Of a DNA stretch of 42,517 nucleotides, positions 1 through 8,872 are shown piece after piece. The notes beneath the pieces were generated by a model that had not been told where the DNA came from, did not search any database, and worked only from the letters and a program-made list of their open reading frames with translations. Numbering within the stretch: position 1 is the first letter of the stretch; every line of letters begins with the position of its first letter. Position numbers and translations under genes: made by a program. This stretch comes from an uncultured Bacilli bacterium (lineage in GTDB: Bacteria; Bacillota_I; Bacilli_A; RF39; UBA660), in the NCBI GenBank assembly GCA_947630195.1, contig CANRGQ010000001.1:1-42517 (forward strand). The letters run 5' to 3'.

Positions 1-249
1 TTTTAATATTTTGTTATTTTTAGTTTTCTTATTAATATCTTTTATCATTTCTTTATCACCTTTTAATAAAATGTCTAGAGAAACTTTAAATTTATCACTA
101 ATCATTATTAGTGTTTCAATATCTGGATAATTATTTCCATTTTCCCAATTGGAAACTGTTTGTCTTGTTACATTTAAAACTTCTGCAAACTGTTCTTGTG
201 ACATTTTATTATCCTTCCTTATTTTTAAAATTTTATTACCCAGATTCAT
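1..249 (-). CDS. XRE-family helix-turn-helix regulator (C-terminus runs off the window edge)
   Basis: Not in the ORF track. My own translation from ATG at 249 gives MNLGNKILKIRKDNKMSQEQFAEVLNVTRQTVSNWENGNNYPDIETLIMISDKF..., a classic Cro/CI HTH with the Q-x-x-x-A...S-x-W-E-x-G pattern. GGAGG (256-260) lies 6 nt upstream. Confidence 0.8.
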   Translation of the reverse strand, partial: MNLGNKILKIRKDNKMSQEQFAEVLNVTRQTVSNWENGNNYPDIETLIMISDKFKVSLDILLKGDKEMIKDINKKTKNNKILK

Positions 250-323
250 AAATTTCCTCCTTTCATAAGAACATAATAAAAGATAATCTAAAATTATTAT
301 ATCAAACTTATTTGACATTACTA

Positions 324-338
324 GCAAGAATTTCTTGC
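324..338. promoter_or_regulatory. 15-bp palindrome GCAAGAATTTCTTGC in the XRE gene upstream region (candidate operator)
   Basis: Perfect 7-bp arms around one central base. It sits ~75 nt upstream of the XRE start, next to a TATAAT on the minus strand. Confidence 0.4.
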
Positions 339-355
339 ATATTAAAAATATTAAT

Positions 356-383
356 AAAAAAGATTGTATTGTAAGATACAATC
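356..383 (-). terminator. Rho-independent terminator ending the transfer-gene operon
   Basis: On the minus strand, GATTGTATCTTACAATACAATC (8-bp stem) is followed by a T-run. It lies directly downstream of the CDS ending at 416. Confidence 0.6.
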
Positions 384-415
384 CCAATCCTATATAATAT
401 TTGTTAATAAAACAT

Positions 416-646
416 CTAATAAGTTGTATTTTCCCAAACAAATATAGTCATTTCATCACCATCTGTGTATTTATAATGCGTTACTAACAATCCTTTATCA
501 ATATAATCAATGTTTCCATCATCTAAATTATCTCTTATCTTTAATAAGGGACTATTATTAAAGACTTTTGCTTGGATTGTATCAATGGCAATAATTCCTA
601 TTAAAACTCCTAAGACAATTAAAGTAATTTTTAGACCTTTCTTCAT
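416..646 (-). CDS. Small membrane-anchored/secreted hypothetical protein
   Basis: Track ORF 416..670. I prefer the internal ATG at 646 (MKKGLKITLIVLGVLIGIIAI...) because GGAGG (651-655) precedes it. It has an N-terminal hydrophobic helix. Confidence 0.6.
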   Translation of the reverse strand: MKKGLKITLIVLGVLIGIIAIDTIQAKVFNNSPLLKIRDNLDDGNIDYIDKGLLVTHYKYTDGDEMTIFVWENTTY

Positions 647-694
647 AATTCCTCCATTTCTACAAATCACTATTTAACTTGATTATAACATACT

Positions 695-1279
695 TTAAAT
701 ATTAATTCTATTTATGCTTTTTTCAAATTGCCTTAAAGAACATACATTATTTAATAATTCTTCCAAAAACAATCCACCATTATATAATGATAAAATCTCA
801 CCCTTAATTCCTAAATCAGGATATGCTTTATAGTCAATATCATTAGTTACTTTTAATTTATCATATTCTTGTATATTATCTTGATATTTATTGATAAGTG
901 AATCATTAACTAAATATCTCAAAATAGAGTGGGCTTTTTTTAAATCGTTTTTATGAAAGATAAAAAAGACTGGATTATCTATATCATTATCAAATTTCAA
1001 AAATAGACAATGGTCTTTATCAGTTTTAGCTGAATGTATTATTAAGTCTTTATCTGTAGTAATATTATAGTTTTCCAATAAAAAATCTTTTAAAGAAAAA
1101 GATTCCATATTTAACTTATAATCTAATAATTCTTTATCAACATCAATATTTAGATTAGCAAGAGAGTAGTCATATATATAATTAATTACTTTGCTTTTAG
1201 TATCTATACTAATATTACCGATTAACAAATCATTCTCTTTATTATTTTTATCTAGTCTTGTTATATCAACCACTATCAT
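695..1279 (-). CDS. Hypothetical protein
   Basis: 194-aa ORF whose ATG overlaps the relaxase stop (ATGA coupling). I recognise no motif. Confidence 0.55.
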   Translation of the reverse strand: MIVVDITRLDKNNKENDLLIGNISIDTKSKVINYIYDYSLANLNIDVDKELLDYKLNMESFSLKDFLLENYNITTDKDLIIHSAKTDKDHCLFLKFDNDIDNPVFFIFHKNDLKKAHSILRYLVNDSLINKYQDNIQEYDKLKVTNDIDYKAYPDLGIKGEILSLYNGGLFLEELLNNVCSLRQFEKSINRINI

Positions 1280-2715
1280 TGTATATATTCCTCCAATTCA
1301 TATTCCATATTAGAAACAATCTGCATTTTTTCTCGTTCTAATTCATACATTAAATGAGTTATCGCTTGATTAATAAATACTTTATAATTAAGTTCTTGAT
1401 AAAAATGTTTATTTTTAAATTTAACATATTTTTTGTAAGAATAACCTAATTTATTTAAACATTTATATAATTCGGTAGAAGTAAATTCATTATTGGTTAC
1501 TACCAAAGAATTAATTACTTTATTTAAATCTAAATTATATTTAGAATTAATTATCCAATTCTTAAATACTTTTTTAGTTTCATAATCATTAAGTCCTGCA
1601 AATAGACAAAGTCTATATAAATCTAGGGCTATCTTATTTTTAGTATCTTCTTTTAAATAGTCGTTCCTACTTTTAAACTTCATATCTTTTATATGTTTAG
1701 ATAAGAATTTCTGCTCCCTATTAATAGCATTAAGAGATTGATATTTTTTAAAATTAGAAAGTATTTCATTACCAACTTTAGAATATAATCTTTGTAACTG
1801 CTCATTATAATATTTTCTTGTTTTATTATCTTCGGTCATCCCATAAATATTAATTAATTCTTTTTGGTGTTGTTCTAATAATTTTAAATAATTAGCATAA
1901 TTATATTTTGTTGAATCATGCATTAAAATGAAATCAATTATTTCGTTTAATTCATTTTTATAAGGTATCATATTTTTAGAATTATATTGTAACCGACCTT
2001 TACTTGGTAATTTTTCATAAAGAGAAAGTAATTTGTTATTTAATTCCTTACGAAATTTATCACTAAATAATTTTTGACTTTTAATTTTATTTAAATCATT
2101 TAATTCGATAGATCCTGTGATATTAGAAAATGTTTTATCTCTTAACTTGTAAAATTCGGTATTATCAATAAGAAAACTAGAAATATTACTTTTCATATTT
2201 TGAATAGCAAATTGGGGAATGAATCCTTTACTAGCTGTTTTTTTATTTTCATATATTAAGATATGCATATGAGGATTATCGGTATTCCTATGTAAACAAG
2301 CATACCAATTAGTGTTGTCTAATTTTAGTCCCATATCCGTAATTAATGATGGCATAATATTTTTAGTAAGGTCAGCATAATCAGATTTAGTTATGAGTCC
2401 ATTATTGATAGCAAAATCTGGTGGAAAAGAAATGACTATATTCCAAATGAAACCATTGGAATCAATATCATTATATTTTAAATCTTGTTTAGGATTAGCA
2501 TCCCCATCTTTATCCCAAACGAATGACTCACATTTTTCAAATAAAAAGGAATCTTTATCAGCAAGAGAAAAATATTCTTTCATTATATTTTTTTCATCTA
2601 AACTAGTAGTATCAGCTTTCTCTTTTTTAGAAACATAATCCACCCATTTAGAAATATTTTTACTTGTAGTTAAATTGTTTTTATATCTAGTCCTAATAAC
2701 AATATTACTACTCAT
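1276..2715 (-). CDS. Relaxase/mobilisation nuclease (MOBP/MOBQ-like)
   Basis: Contains HRNTDNPHMHILIYE, the H-x-D/N-x-x-N-P-H-x-H three-histidine motif of relaxases. It sits just downstream of a MobC-like RHH gene. AAGGAG lies 7 nt before the ATG. Confidence 0.8.
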   Translation of the reverse strand: MSSNIVIRTRYKNNLTTSKNISKWVDYVSKKEKADTTSLDEKNIMKEYFSLADKDSFLFEKCESFVWDKDGDANPKQDLKYNDIDSNGFIWNIVISFPPDFAINNGLITKSDYADLTKNIMPSLITDMGLKLDNTNWYACLHRNTDNPHMHILIYENKKTASKGFIPQFAIQNMKSNISSFLIDNTEFYKLRDKTFSNITGSIELNDLNKIKSQKLFSDKFRKELNNKLLSLYEKLPSKGRLQYNSKNMIPYKNELNEIIDFILMHDSTKYNYANYLKLLEQHQKELINIYGMTEDNKTRKYYNEQLQRLYSKVGNEILSNFKKYQSLNAINREQKFLSKHIKDMKFKSRNDYLKEDTKNKIALDLYRLCLFAGLNDYETKKVFKNWIINSKYNLDLNKVINSLVVTNNEFTSTELYKCLNKLGYSYKKYVKFKNKHFYQELNYKVFINQAITHLMYELEREKMQIVSNMEYELEEYIQ

Positions 2716-3130
2716 CTACATACTCCTTTTTATTTTGTGCCATAGTCCTTATATCTTTGAGTACCAATTCTTCGGCAACATCCGTAATAGGATGATTAAG
2801 AAAAGATATATTTAAATCATCTTTAGTTTGAGGTACTTTTAAATGTTGCATAAAAATATCTTGTTGTTTTAAAAGCCATCTAGTATTGAATTCAATTCTA
2901 TTTAGAATGACCACTAAATGCTTTTGAAATTGCTCGTAACTTCTTTTAAAAGCTGTATCAAATAGTTCTAAAAACTGTCCCTGACTATCGTTTAAATTAT
3001 CAACTTCGATTTTATCTTTAATAGCTTTATAAATATATTCTGATGTATTCATTTTTAGTTTTTCAGCAATTAAATTAATTTCTTTTTTCTCATCTTCGCT
3101 AACTCTTATAGATATTCTTTCAGTTTTCAT
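2708..3130 (-). CDS. MobC-like ribbon-helix-helix relaxosome accessory protein
   Basis: The N-terminus MKTERISIRVSEDEKKEINLIAEKLKMNTSEYIYKAI is typical of RHH/MobC proteins. The gene overlaps the relaxase start. Confidence 0.65.
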   Translation of the reverse strand: MKTERISIRVSEDEKKEINLIAEKLKMNTSEYIYKAIKDKIEVDNLNDSQGQFLELFDTAFKRSYEQFQKHLVVILNRIEFNTRWLLKQQDIFMQHLKVPQTKDDLNISFLNHPITDVAEELVLKDIRTMAQNKKEYVDE

Positions 3131-3303
3131 TTTTTATCACTTTTTAAATCAGTAACTAAACTTATATTATCAATAACAAATTCTTTTACTTTAGAATCAA
3201 TAAAATCTTGTTGAGTCATATTAAGTTTATTTAATATCATTTTAAATACTTCGTATAATTTGTTATCAATTCTTCCTTTAATAGTTCCGGAATCATTATT
3301 CAA
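3127..3303 (-). CDS. Small hypothetical protein (58 aa, TTG start), possible second DNA-binding accessory protein
   Basis: Not in the track. TTG at 3303 lies 7 nt after GGAGG (3311-3315). Translation is (M)NNDSGTIKGRIDNKLYEVFKMILNKLNMTQQDFIDSKVKEFVIDNISLVTDLKSDKK. Its TGA stop overlaps the MobC ATG. Confidence 0.4.
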   Translation of the reverse strand: MNNDSGTIKGRIDNKLYEVFKMILNKLNMTQQDFIDSKVKEFVIDNISLVTDLKSDKK

Positions 3304-3689
3304 AAAAACACCTCCATTTTAAGTACAAAATAATGTACCAAGTTTTTATTTTTTTTATCTTATTTTTTTCTAAATTAAAGTACCAAGTCTTGTATATTTT
3401 TTTAGCAGGATAACTACGGCTGACAAACAACTTCCCAGTGGGAAGTTTAGCCTAAATTTAGGACTATTTTTATTATTACAATGGATGACATTTATTTTTA
3501 AGTATGACATTTGTATTAACAAACATTTTAAACTTTTTAAATTATTTTTAGTAATAATTATAAAAAGTATGCCATTTGTTATAACAAATGAATGACAAAT
3601 GTTATAACAAAATAGCTTTAAAAGTACCAAAAAAATTTAATAATTAAGTTTAAGATTAAAACCATCTTTAATTAAATTTTGTACCAATT
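3304..3689. promoter_or_regulatory. Candidate oriT / mob-operon control region
   Basis: Non-coding stretch just upstream of the accessory-protein/relaxase genes. It holds an 8-bp-stem hairpin AACTTCCC-AGT-GGGAAGTT (3429-3447) and the palindrome CCTAAATTTAGG (3451-3462). It also has an 18-bp perfect palindrome CATTTGTTATAACAAATG (3573-3590) with a second TGTTATAACA at 3600-3609, and ATGACATTT twice (3485-3493, 3504-3512). Confidence 0.5.
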
Positions 3690-3995
3690 TTATATTTTTT
3701 TATCATAAACATTACATATACTTTTTAATTCATCTTTGAAAAGTTCATCTTGAAAAGGATACGAAAATAAATCACAATCATAATCTCTTTCTAGTATTTC
3801 TTTGGCTTTAGCATATGCAAGAGTTCTATCATAAGGCATATGTAAATCATCAATGTAAGTGTCCCCAACTACATCAGCATATTCTCTTTTCAATTTTCTT
3901 TTTTCAAATTTATTATAAATATTATAAGCAATTATTTCAGCTGAAATGTTTATATAAAATTTTTCTTCACTTAATCTCTTTTTATTAATCAACAA
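3690..3995 (-). CDS. Hypothetical protein
   Basis: 101-aa ORF with a TTG start 6 nt after GGGGAGG. It overlaps the end of the M23 peptidase gene. Confidence 0.55.
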   Translation of the reverse strand: MLINKKRLSEEKFYINISAEIIAYNIYNKFEKRKLKREYADVVGDTYIDDLHMPYDRTLAYAKAKEILERDYDCDLFSYPFQDELFKDELKSICNVYDKKI

Positions 3996-4563
3996 TTAAT
4001 TCCTCCCCATTAATAATTAACATTGGGTCTAATAAATATTTCCTTTCAGATGTTGCTTTTTCTTTTGAAATTAAAAAATGTAAATGTATTCCTGTAGACC
4101 TACCAGTGCTACCAATCGTGGCAATAGGTTGCTTTGCTTGAACAACTTCGCCCTCTGTTACTAAAATAGAATTATCTAAAAGATGACCATACATCGTATA
4201 TATTTTAGTATTGTCGTAGTTATGTTCAATGTAAATATAATTACCAAATCCATTTTCATCGTAACCTATTTTATAAACAACTCCATCAGCACTCGATAAG
4301 ACAAGAGTATTAGGTGGAGCTCCTAAATCAACACCACTATGGTACTTTAATTCATTTGTGAAAGGGTCTTCTCTATAACCAAAACGAGAATTAATAGTAA
4401 ATTTTACACTTTCATCAAAGGGAACATTAAATGTAGAAACCACAAAAGATTCACTAGTAGAATAACTGGCATTAAACATAAAAAGCATTAAAATAATTAA
4501 AAAAGGAAAGCCAACACTAATCCCCAATTTGCAAGTTTTATTAAATAATTTTATATCATCCAT
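3985..4563 (-). CDS. M23-family peptidoglycan endopeptidase (conjugation-associated cell-wall hydrolase)
   Basis: N-terminal TM helix, then the M23 signatures HSGVDLGAP, GHL and GRSTGIHLHF. The start overlaps the VirB4 stop (TAATG). Confidence 0.85.
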   Translation of the reverse strand: MDDIKLFNKTCKLGISVGFPFLIILMLFMFNASYSTSESFVVSTFNVPFDESVKFTINSRFGYREDPFTNELKYHSGVDLGAPPNTLVLSSADGVVYKIGYDENGFGNYIYIEHNYDNTKIYTMYGHLLDNSILVTEGEVVQAKQPIATIGSTGRSTGIHLHFLISKEKATSERKYLLDPMLIINGEELIVD

Positions 4564-6887
4564 TACTTGCCACTCGCAGTACCAAACAATTCGCTTTCTT
4601 CATTTCTTAAGTCAATGTGAATAGGTAAACGAGTGTCATGACTAATAACGAATAAACCATCACCTTTAGATGCTGTAGTTAAAAAATATTTTTCTGATTC
4701 GCTTAAGTTCATCATTTTTTGAACTGCATCAATTTCTTTCATCCCCTGTGCCATAACCATAATATAAGAACTATTATCAATTATAACTTGTCCATATCTT
4801 TCAATTTCCGGAGCAGTAAAGTCTATTAAATTTTGTGATAAAATCCACAAACTTCCATTCCTTTTTCTAATACACTTACTTGCTTTCTTTAGAAAATCTA
4901 TTCCCTGATGATTATTAGGGTCAATAATTAAGTGAGCTTCATCACATAATAAAATTACTTGTTCATCTTTACTTTTACAAATCTCGTTCCAACACCAAGA
5001 AAGTATATTAAAGAATTGGCTTTTTAATATACTAGTATCAGAATCTAGTAAACTATTAATATCTAAAACAATAAAGTCCGAGTTTTCTTTAACATTAATA
5101 CTAGAATGTCCGTTAAATATTTTGGCATCAGTAGTAACAACTTTTTTTAATAATGAGCATATTTTCTCTAATGATTCAATTACATTATTTGGCTCTTTAT
5201 TATCTTTAGCTGTTTTTAAATTAGAGAGTAATTTATTATATAAATCCTCCATAATAGGGTAGTCCTTACTGGTTAATTTGGTAAGGTCAGTATTAAAATC
5301 TATGCCTTTATCTTTGTAAACTTCAATTAAAGCATCTTCAATTTTGGTTAATTCATAAGCACTTAAATCCTGTAAGTAATATTTAATAAATGTTCTGAAT
5401 GTTTGAAAATGTTTATTCAAATCACTGCTTGTTAAGTTTTTATCATCATCAGAGTCATCAGCTGTTTTTCGAACTTCTAATGGATTAATAATTCCTGATA
5501 ATCCTGTACCTGCATCAATCCAAACACCATTTAAAGACTCACACATTTCTTTTAATTCTCGTTCCGGATCAATGGCAATTATTTTTGTCCCTCTTGCCCA
5601 ATTACCTCTAATAATTTTCTTGATTAATGTAGATTTACCACATCCACTTTTACCAATTACAACTGCATTTGAATTATTCCTTTTATTAGTTCTTTTCCAT
5701 AAATCAAAGAATACAAGACTATTTAAACTATTATGACCTAAAATAAGAGAGTCACCACCATCTTGTAAATTTTGAAAAACAAAAGGAAATGTTGATGCTA
5801 ATGTAAGCATAGGCATATATATTCCATATTGCTTTTCTAAATCAGTATATAGGGTAGGTAAGCACATTTTTAATCCTCTTTCTTGTTCAAATAAAAGATT
5901 AGTGCCATATAATCCACAGCCGGTTAAAGTATCTTTTAAGTCTTTACAATTGCGTTCCAAACTTTCTTTAGAATCACCATAAACTAAAAAGCACACTGTC
6001 AGTTTAGCAAACCTTTCGTGTTCTCTATCAATCCGATTAACTAAATCCGTATAATCATCTAATTTATTATTTAGAATAATTTGGTCATTATAATCAGATA
6101 CATTTATCATTTTAGATTTTGTTTCGGAAATGCTTTTTTTAAGAGTTCGAGATACTTCGGCAGTATCAATAGGACTTATGGTCATGACCATCCTAGTATT
6201 ATTTACATTAGAAACAGCTCCAAGCCAACCGGCTTGAACATAAGATGAATAAGTAACGAGTGTTACTACACTCATATAAGCATCGCCCATAATTAGGTCT
6301 CTTTCATTAAATTTTAAACCTCTTGGAGCGATTTTTTCTTTAAATGTTCTAGTTATACCAGTAGCATCATTTTTAAAAGTTTCGAGAGTATTTAAAGGAT
6401 TAAGAATTATATAAATTAAATCTCGCCACTCTTCACTTGTAATAATAGAACTAGTAAGCCCAATTGATGAGAAATCAACTATTAAATCATTTATTTTTTG
6501 TTTTAATATTTGTTCATTTTCTTGGCTTTCTTCTAGTATTAAATAAAACTCTCTATTAACTACTTGTTTTTGAGAAACTAAAGAATTTACATAATCTAAA
6601 TCCTCCTCTAAAATTTTTTCTTTATTTTTATTGCTTTCTTGTTTTATTTTAGTATTTAATACATTTATATTATCATCTAAAATAACTGGTTTATCAATGC
6701 TTAAAATTTTAAAAGGGTAATCAATAGAATTTAAAACCTTTTTAAGTTCTAAAACTTTTAACTCTTGCTCTTGGTCAAATAATAAAAATATATTAATTGA
6801 GCCAATTTTAATTCCTCCCACAATCCGATTATTATCTAAATATAGATAATTATTCCAAACATCTTGAAAGGGAAGAAAGTTTAACAT
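4563..6887 (-). CDS. VirB4-family conjugative transfer ATPase (Tn916 Orf16 / PrgJ / TcpF-like)
   Basis: 774 aa with Walker A GKSGCGKST and Walker B ILLCDEAH, of typical Gram-positive VirB4 size. The ATG at 6887 has no SD. An in-frame ATT at 6920 lies 7 nt after GGAGG and may be the true start. Confidence 0.9.
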   Translation of the reverse strand: MLNFLPFQDVWNNYLYLDNNRIVGGIKIGSINIFLLFDQEQELKVLELKKVLNSIDYPFKILSIDKPVILDDNINVLNTKIKQESNKNKEKILEEDLDYVNSLVSQKQVVNREFYLILEESQENEQILKQKINDLIVDFSSIGLTSSIITSEEWRDLIYIILNPLNTLETFKNDATGITRTFKEKIAPRGLKFNERDLIMGDAYMSVVTLVTYSSYVQAGWLGAVSNVNNTRMVMTISPIDTAEVSRTLKKSISETKSKMINVSDYNDQIILNNKLDDYTDLVNRIDREHERFAKLTVCFLVYGDSKESLERNCKDLKDTLTGCGLYGTNLLFEQERGLKMCLPTLYTDLEKQYGIYMPMLTLASTFPFVFQNLQDGGDSLILGHNSLNSLVFFDLWKRTNKRNNSNAVVIGKSGCGKSTLIKKIIRGNWARGTKIIAIDPERELKEMCESLNGVWIDAGTGLSGIINPLEVRKTADDSDDDKNLTSSDLNKHFQTFRTFIKYYLQDLSAYELTKIEDALIEVYKDKGIDFNTDLTKLTSKDYPIMEDLYNKLLSNLKTAKDNKEPNNVIESLEKICSLLKKVVTTDAKIFNGHSSINVKENSDFIVLDINSLLDSDTSILKSQFFNILSWCWNEICKSKDEQVILLCDEAHLIIDPNNHQGIDFLKKASKCIRKRNGSLWILSQNLIDFTAPEIERYGQVIIDNSSYIMVMAQGMKEIDAVQKMMNLSESEKYFLTTASKGDGLFVISHDTRLPIHIDLRNEESELFGTASGK

Positions 6888-6919
6888 TGTTTTTTGTTCA
6901 CGTTTAATAGATTTTGTAA

Positions 6920-7153
6920 TTATTTAACCTCCAAACTATGCATAAATTTTTCAATTAATTTACTAGCCTCTTTATTGTTTGAATCAACATTATTTAAATC
7001 ATAGCAAGATAAAGTAAAGGCTATTAATTGTCTTACATATTCTGATAAAGTAAGTTTATTTTTAAAAGCAATACTTCTTAATTTATCCTTTGATTTTTTA
7101 TCTATATTAACTTTAATGATGGTATCATATAGTTTTAAACGATTACTTGTCAT
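6920..7153 (-). CDS. Small RHH-like hypothetical protein
   Basis: 77 aa. KSKDKLRSIAFKNKLTLSEYVRQLI resembles a ribbon-helix-helix core. Confidence 0.5.
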   Translation of the reverse strand: MTSNRLKLYDTIIKVNIDKKSKDKLRSIAFKNKLTLSEYVRQLIAFTLSCYDLNNVDSNNKEASKLIEKFMHSLEVK

Positions 7154-7493
7154 TAATACCTCGGCTTTCCTTATAATTATTTACTCCAAACTTATCGTAT
7201 TCTTTTAATATTCCCATATTAACAATAGCCACTGGAACTTCAATATTATTGAATGGTGCAAATCCTGTTATTTCTTTTATTATTTTAGCCTTTTTTAATA
7301 TATTAATTAATCCATTATTTACAACATAAGGGTCTAAAAAAACTTTCCCATCATCAAGATAAGCTGTATTAATATTTATGGTGATATCATGGCTTTCACT
7401 TTTATTAATATATTTTAATCGTAGCCTACCATTATGATAATGAGAAACCTTAATGTTATAAATTTTACTATTAAATTTTATTTTTTTCCTAAT
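7143..7493 (-). CDS. DUF4313-like conjugative-element protein with an apparent ATT start
   Basis: Not in the track (no ATG/GTG/TTG start). A 116-codon open frame reads (I)RKKIKFNSKIYNIKVSHYHNGRLRLKYINKSESHDITININTAYLDDGKVFLDPYVVNNGLINILKKAKIIKEITGFAPFNNIEVPVAIVN.... From memory it resembles DUF4313 proteins of ICEs. The ATT lies 7 nt after GGGAGG (7501-7506). Confidence 0.45.
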   Translation of the reverse strand: MRKKIKFNSKIYNIKVSHYHNGRLRLKYINKSESHDITININTAYLDDGKVFLDPYVVNNGLINILKKAKIIKEITGFAPFNNIEVPVAIVNMGILKEYDKFGVNNYKESRGINDK

Positions 7494-7505
7494 ATTAAAA
7501 CCTCC

Positions 7506-8105
7506 CTATATTTTTATCTCTTGTATGGAATTATATTTTTCTTTATTAGTTATGAGTTCAATCATTTTGTCTTTATCTTTATATAGTTTTGATAACTCAT
7601 AGCAAACATCTTCAGCCTGTTTTAATGTTTCGCAATAAGCACAAAATATACTATTTTTAGAATCGTATTTTATTATAGATTTTAAGTCATTAAAATTAGA
7701 ATTTATATAATCTTTAAAAACTCTTTCATAGTCATGACCATTGCCAAGAATCGATTTTTTTGATTTTTTTATATAATCATCTTGGTCTAAACATATGGCA
7801 TAACCATTTTCACAGGCAAATATTTCAAAAGGTTTAAATGATTTGTTATACCAATTATTAAATTTTTGAAACTCTTCCTCTTTAAAAATGATATCATTTA
7901 AAAGTATTATTTTATATTTTTTCTTAAGTTCAAGACCTTTTTCCACAAATTCACAAAATGGTAAATCTAATATTGAGTTCATTTCTTCATAATATTTATC
8001 CACTACTTCTTTAGGACATTTTTCCTCTAAATAATTACTAATTGCATCAAATTTTCTATAACCCATACTACTTCTTACACTTTCATATTCTTGTAAAACA
8101 CTCAT
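7506..8105 (-). CDS. Hypothetical protein
   Basis: Track ORF 7506..8138. I prefer the ATG at 8105 (MSVLQEYESV...), which is preceded by GGGAGG (8114-8119). Confidence 0.6.
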   Translation of the reverse strand: MSVLQEYESVRSSMGYRKFDAISNYLEEKCPKEVVDKYYEEMNSILDLPFCEFVEKGLELKKKYKIILLNDIIFKEEEFQKFNNWYNKSFKPFEIFACENGYAICLDQDDYIKKSKKSILGNGHDYERVFKDYINSNFNDLKSIIKYDSKNSIFCAYCETLKQAEDVCYELSKLYKDKDKMIELITNKEKYNSIQEIKI

Positions 8106-8165
8106 TTTTAAAACCTCCCATCTAAATAAAAGATACAAAAGTTACTAACCTTTGTATCCTTTCCA

Positions 8166-8387
8166 TTATTTTTTTTCGTATGATATTTCTCTAATTAAAA
8201 TATCGGTAATTGTATCTTCTTTTGGATAGCCTCTATCTAGTTCATCTGCAACTTGTCTTATTAATTTTTCTAAAGTATGTCTTACATTCTTTGGAAGTTG
8301 ATTAAAATAAGAACCATAAAGGTCGTGTAGAATTTCATCTAAAACTAGCATAGCTGTACTAACTTCAAAAGTTTTTCTTTTTAGCAT
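8166..8387 (-). CDS. Hypothetical protein
   Basis: 73-aa ORF. GGAGGTG lies 7 nt upstream of the ATG. Confidence 0.55.
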   Translation of the reverse strand: MLKRKTFEVSTAMLVLDEILHDLYGSYFNQLPKNVRHTLEKLIRQVADELDRGYPKEDTITDILIREISYEKK

Positions 8388-8469
8388 TTAATATCACCTC
8401 CTTTTGTGTGATATTAAATCTTAATCAAGTGATATTCCAATCAATTTTAAATCCCTCAAATTGCAATAA

Positions 8470-8500
8470 TAAAAAAGATTACCAATTTCTTGATAATCTT
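8470..8500 (-). terminator. Rho-independent terminator splitting the transfer genes into two units
   Basis: On the minus strand, AAGATTATCAAGAAATTGGTAATCTT (7-bp stem) is followed by TTTTTT. It lies downstream of the PrgI-like gene. Confidence 0.5.
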
Positions 8501-8590
8501 AATTCAAAAAAAAGTGGTGTGTTTTTATAAAACCGATGTACTATTAAAAAATAGCATATTTTTTTAATTATTTCTATTTAAAACAATATA

Positions 8591-8872
8591 TTATTTATAT
8601 TTATACATTTTTTGACGTTTTTGGTATATAACAAATTTCTTTAAAAACATAAAAGTATTACCACCATTAGGTAGTGGAAATAGTAATAAGAAAGTTAATA
8701 TTGGAAAGAATGTGAAAAGAAAAATTTTTAAATAAAAATTACTTGTGAATAGTTGTAATAAATAACCTATACCACACATTAATGCCATTACTAATAATTC
8801 AACAAATCCAAATCCTTTAAATATTTCATTTTTTGTTTTTATATTTTTAGGAATAAGATATATCATGTCCAT
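8591..8872 (-). CDS. PrgI-family (VirB3-like; Tn916 Orf17-like) small membrane protein
   Basis: IYLIPKNIKTKNEIFKGFGFVELLV, two TM helices and the C-terminal FLKKFVIYQKRQKMYKYK match the PrgI/Orf17 layout as I recall it. Confidence 0.6.
   Translation of the reverse strand: MDMIYLIPKNIKTKNEIFKGFGFVELLVMALMCGIGYLLQLFTSNFYLKIFLFTFFPILTFLLLFPLPNGGNTFMFLKKFVIYQKRQKMYKYK

Noticed and set aside
695-1279. Possible coupling protein (T4CP) or replication protein among the unassigned transfer-module ORFs (695-1279, 7506-8105, 14653-15331)
   Set aside because: None contains a Walker A/B or FtsK/VirD4-like motif, and all are far too short. They are left as hypothetical.
2393-2638. Antisense ORF within the relaxase gene. 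The same class includes 9296-9508, 12635-12820, 14186-14549, 17665-17880, 20497-20691, 24578-24805, 25756-25974, 27337-27531, 28411-28659, 30533-30715, 31917-32225, 32947-33147 and 38318-38533.
   Set aside because: All lie entirely inside longer, motif-supported genes on the opposite strand or in another frame. They lack an SD and have low-complexity translations, which is typical of shadow ORFs.
3370-3630. 86-aa track ORF on the minus strand inside the relaxase-upstream gap
   Set aside because: It has no SD and an implausible low-complexity sequence. It lies across the palindromes and repeats that are better explained as oriT/operator DNA.
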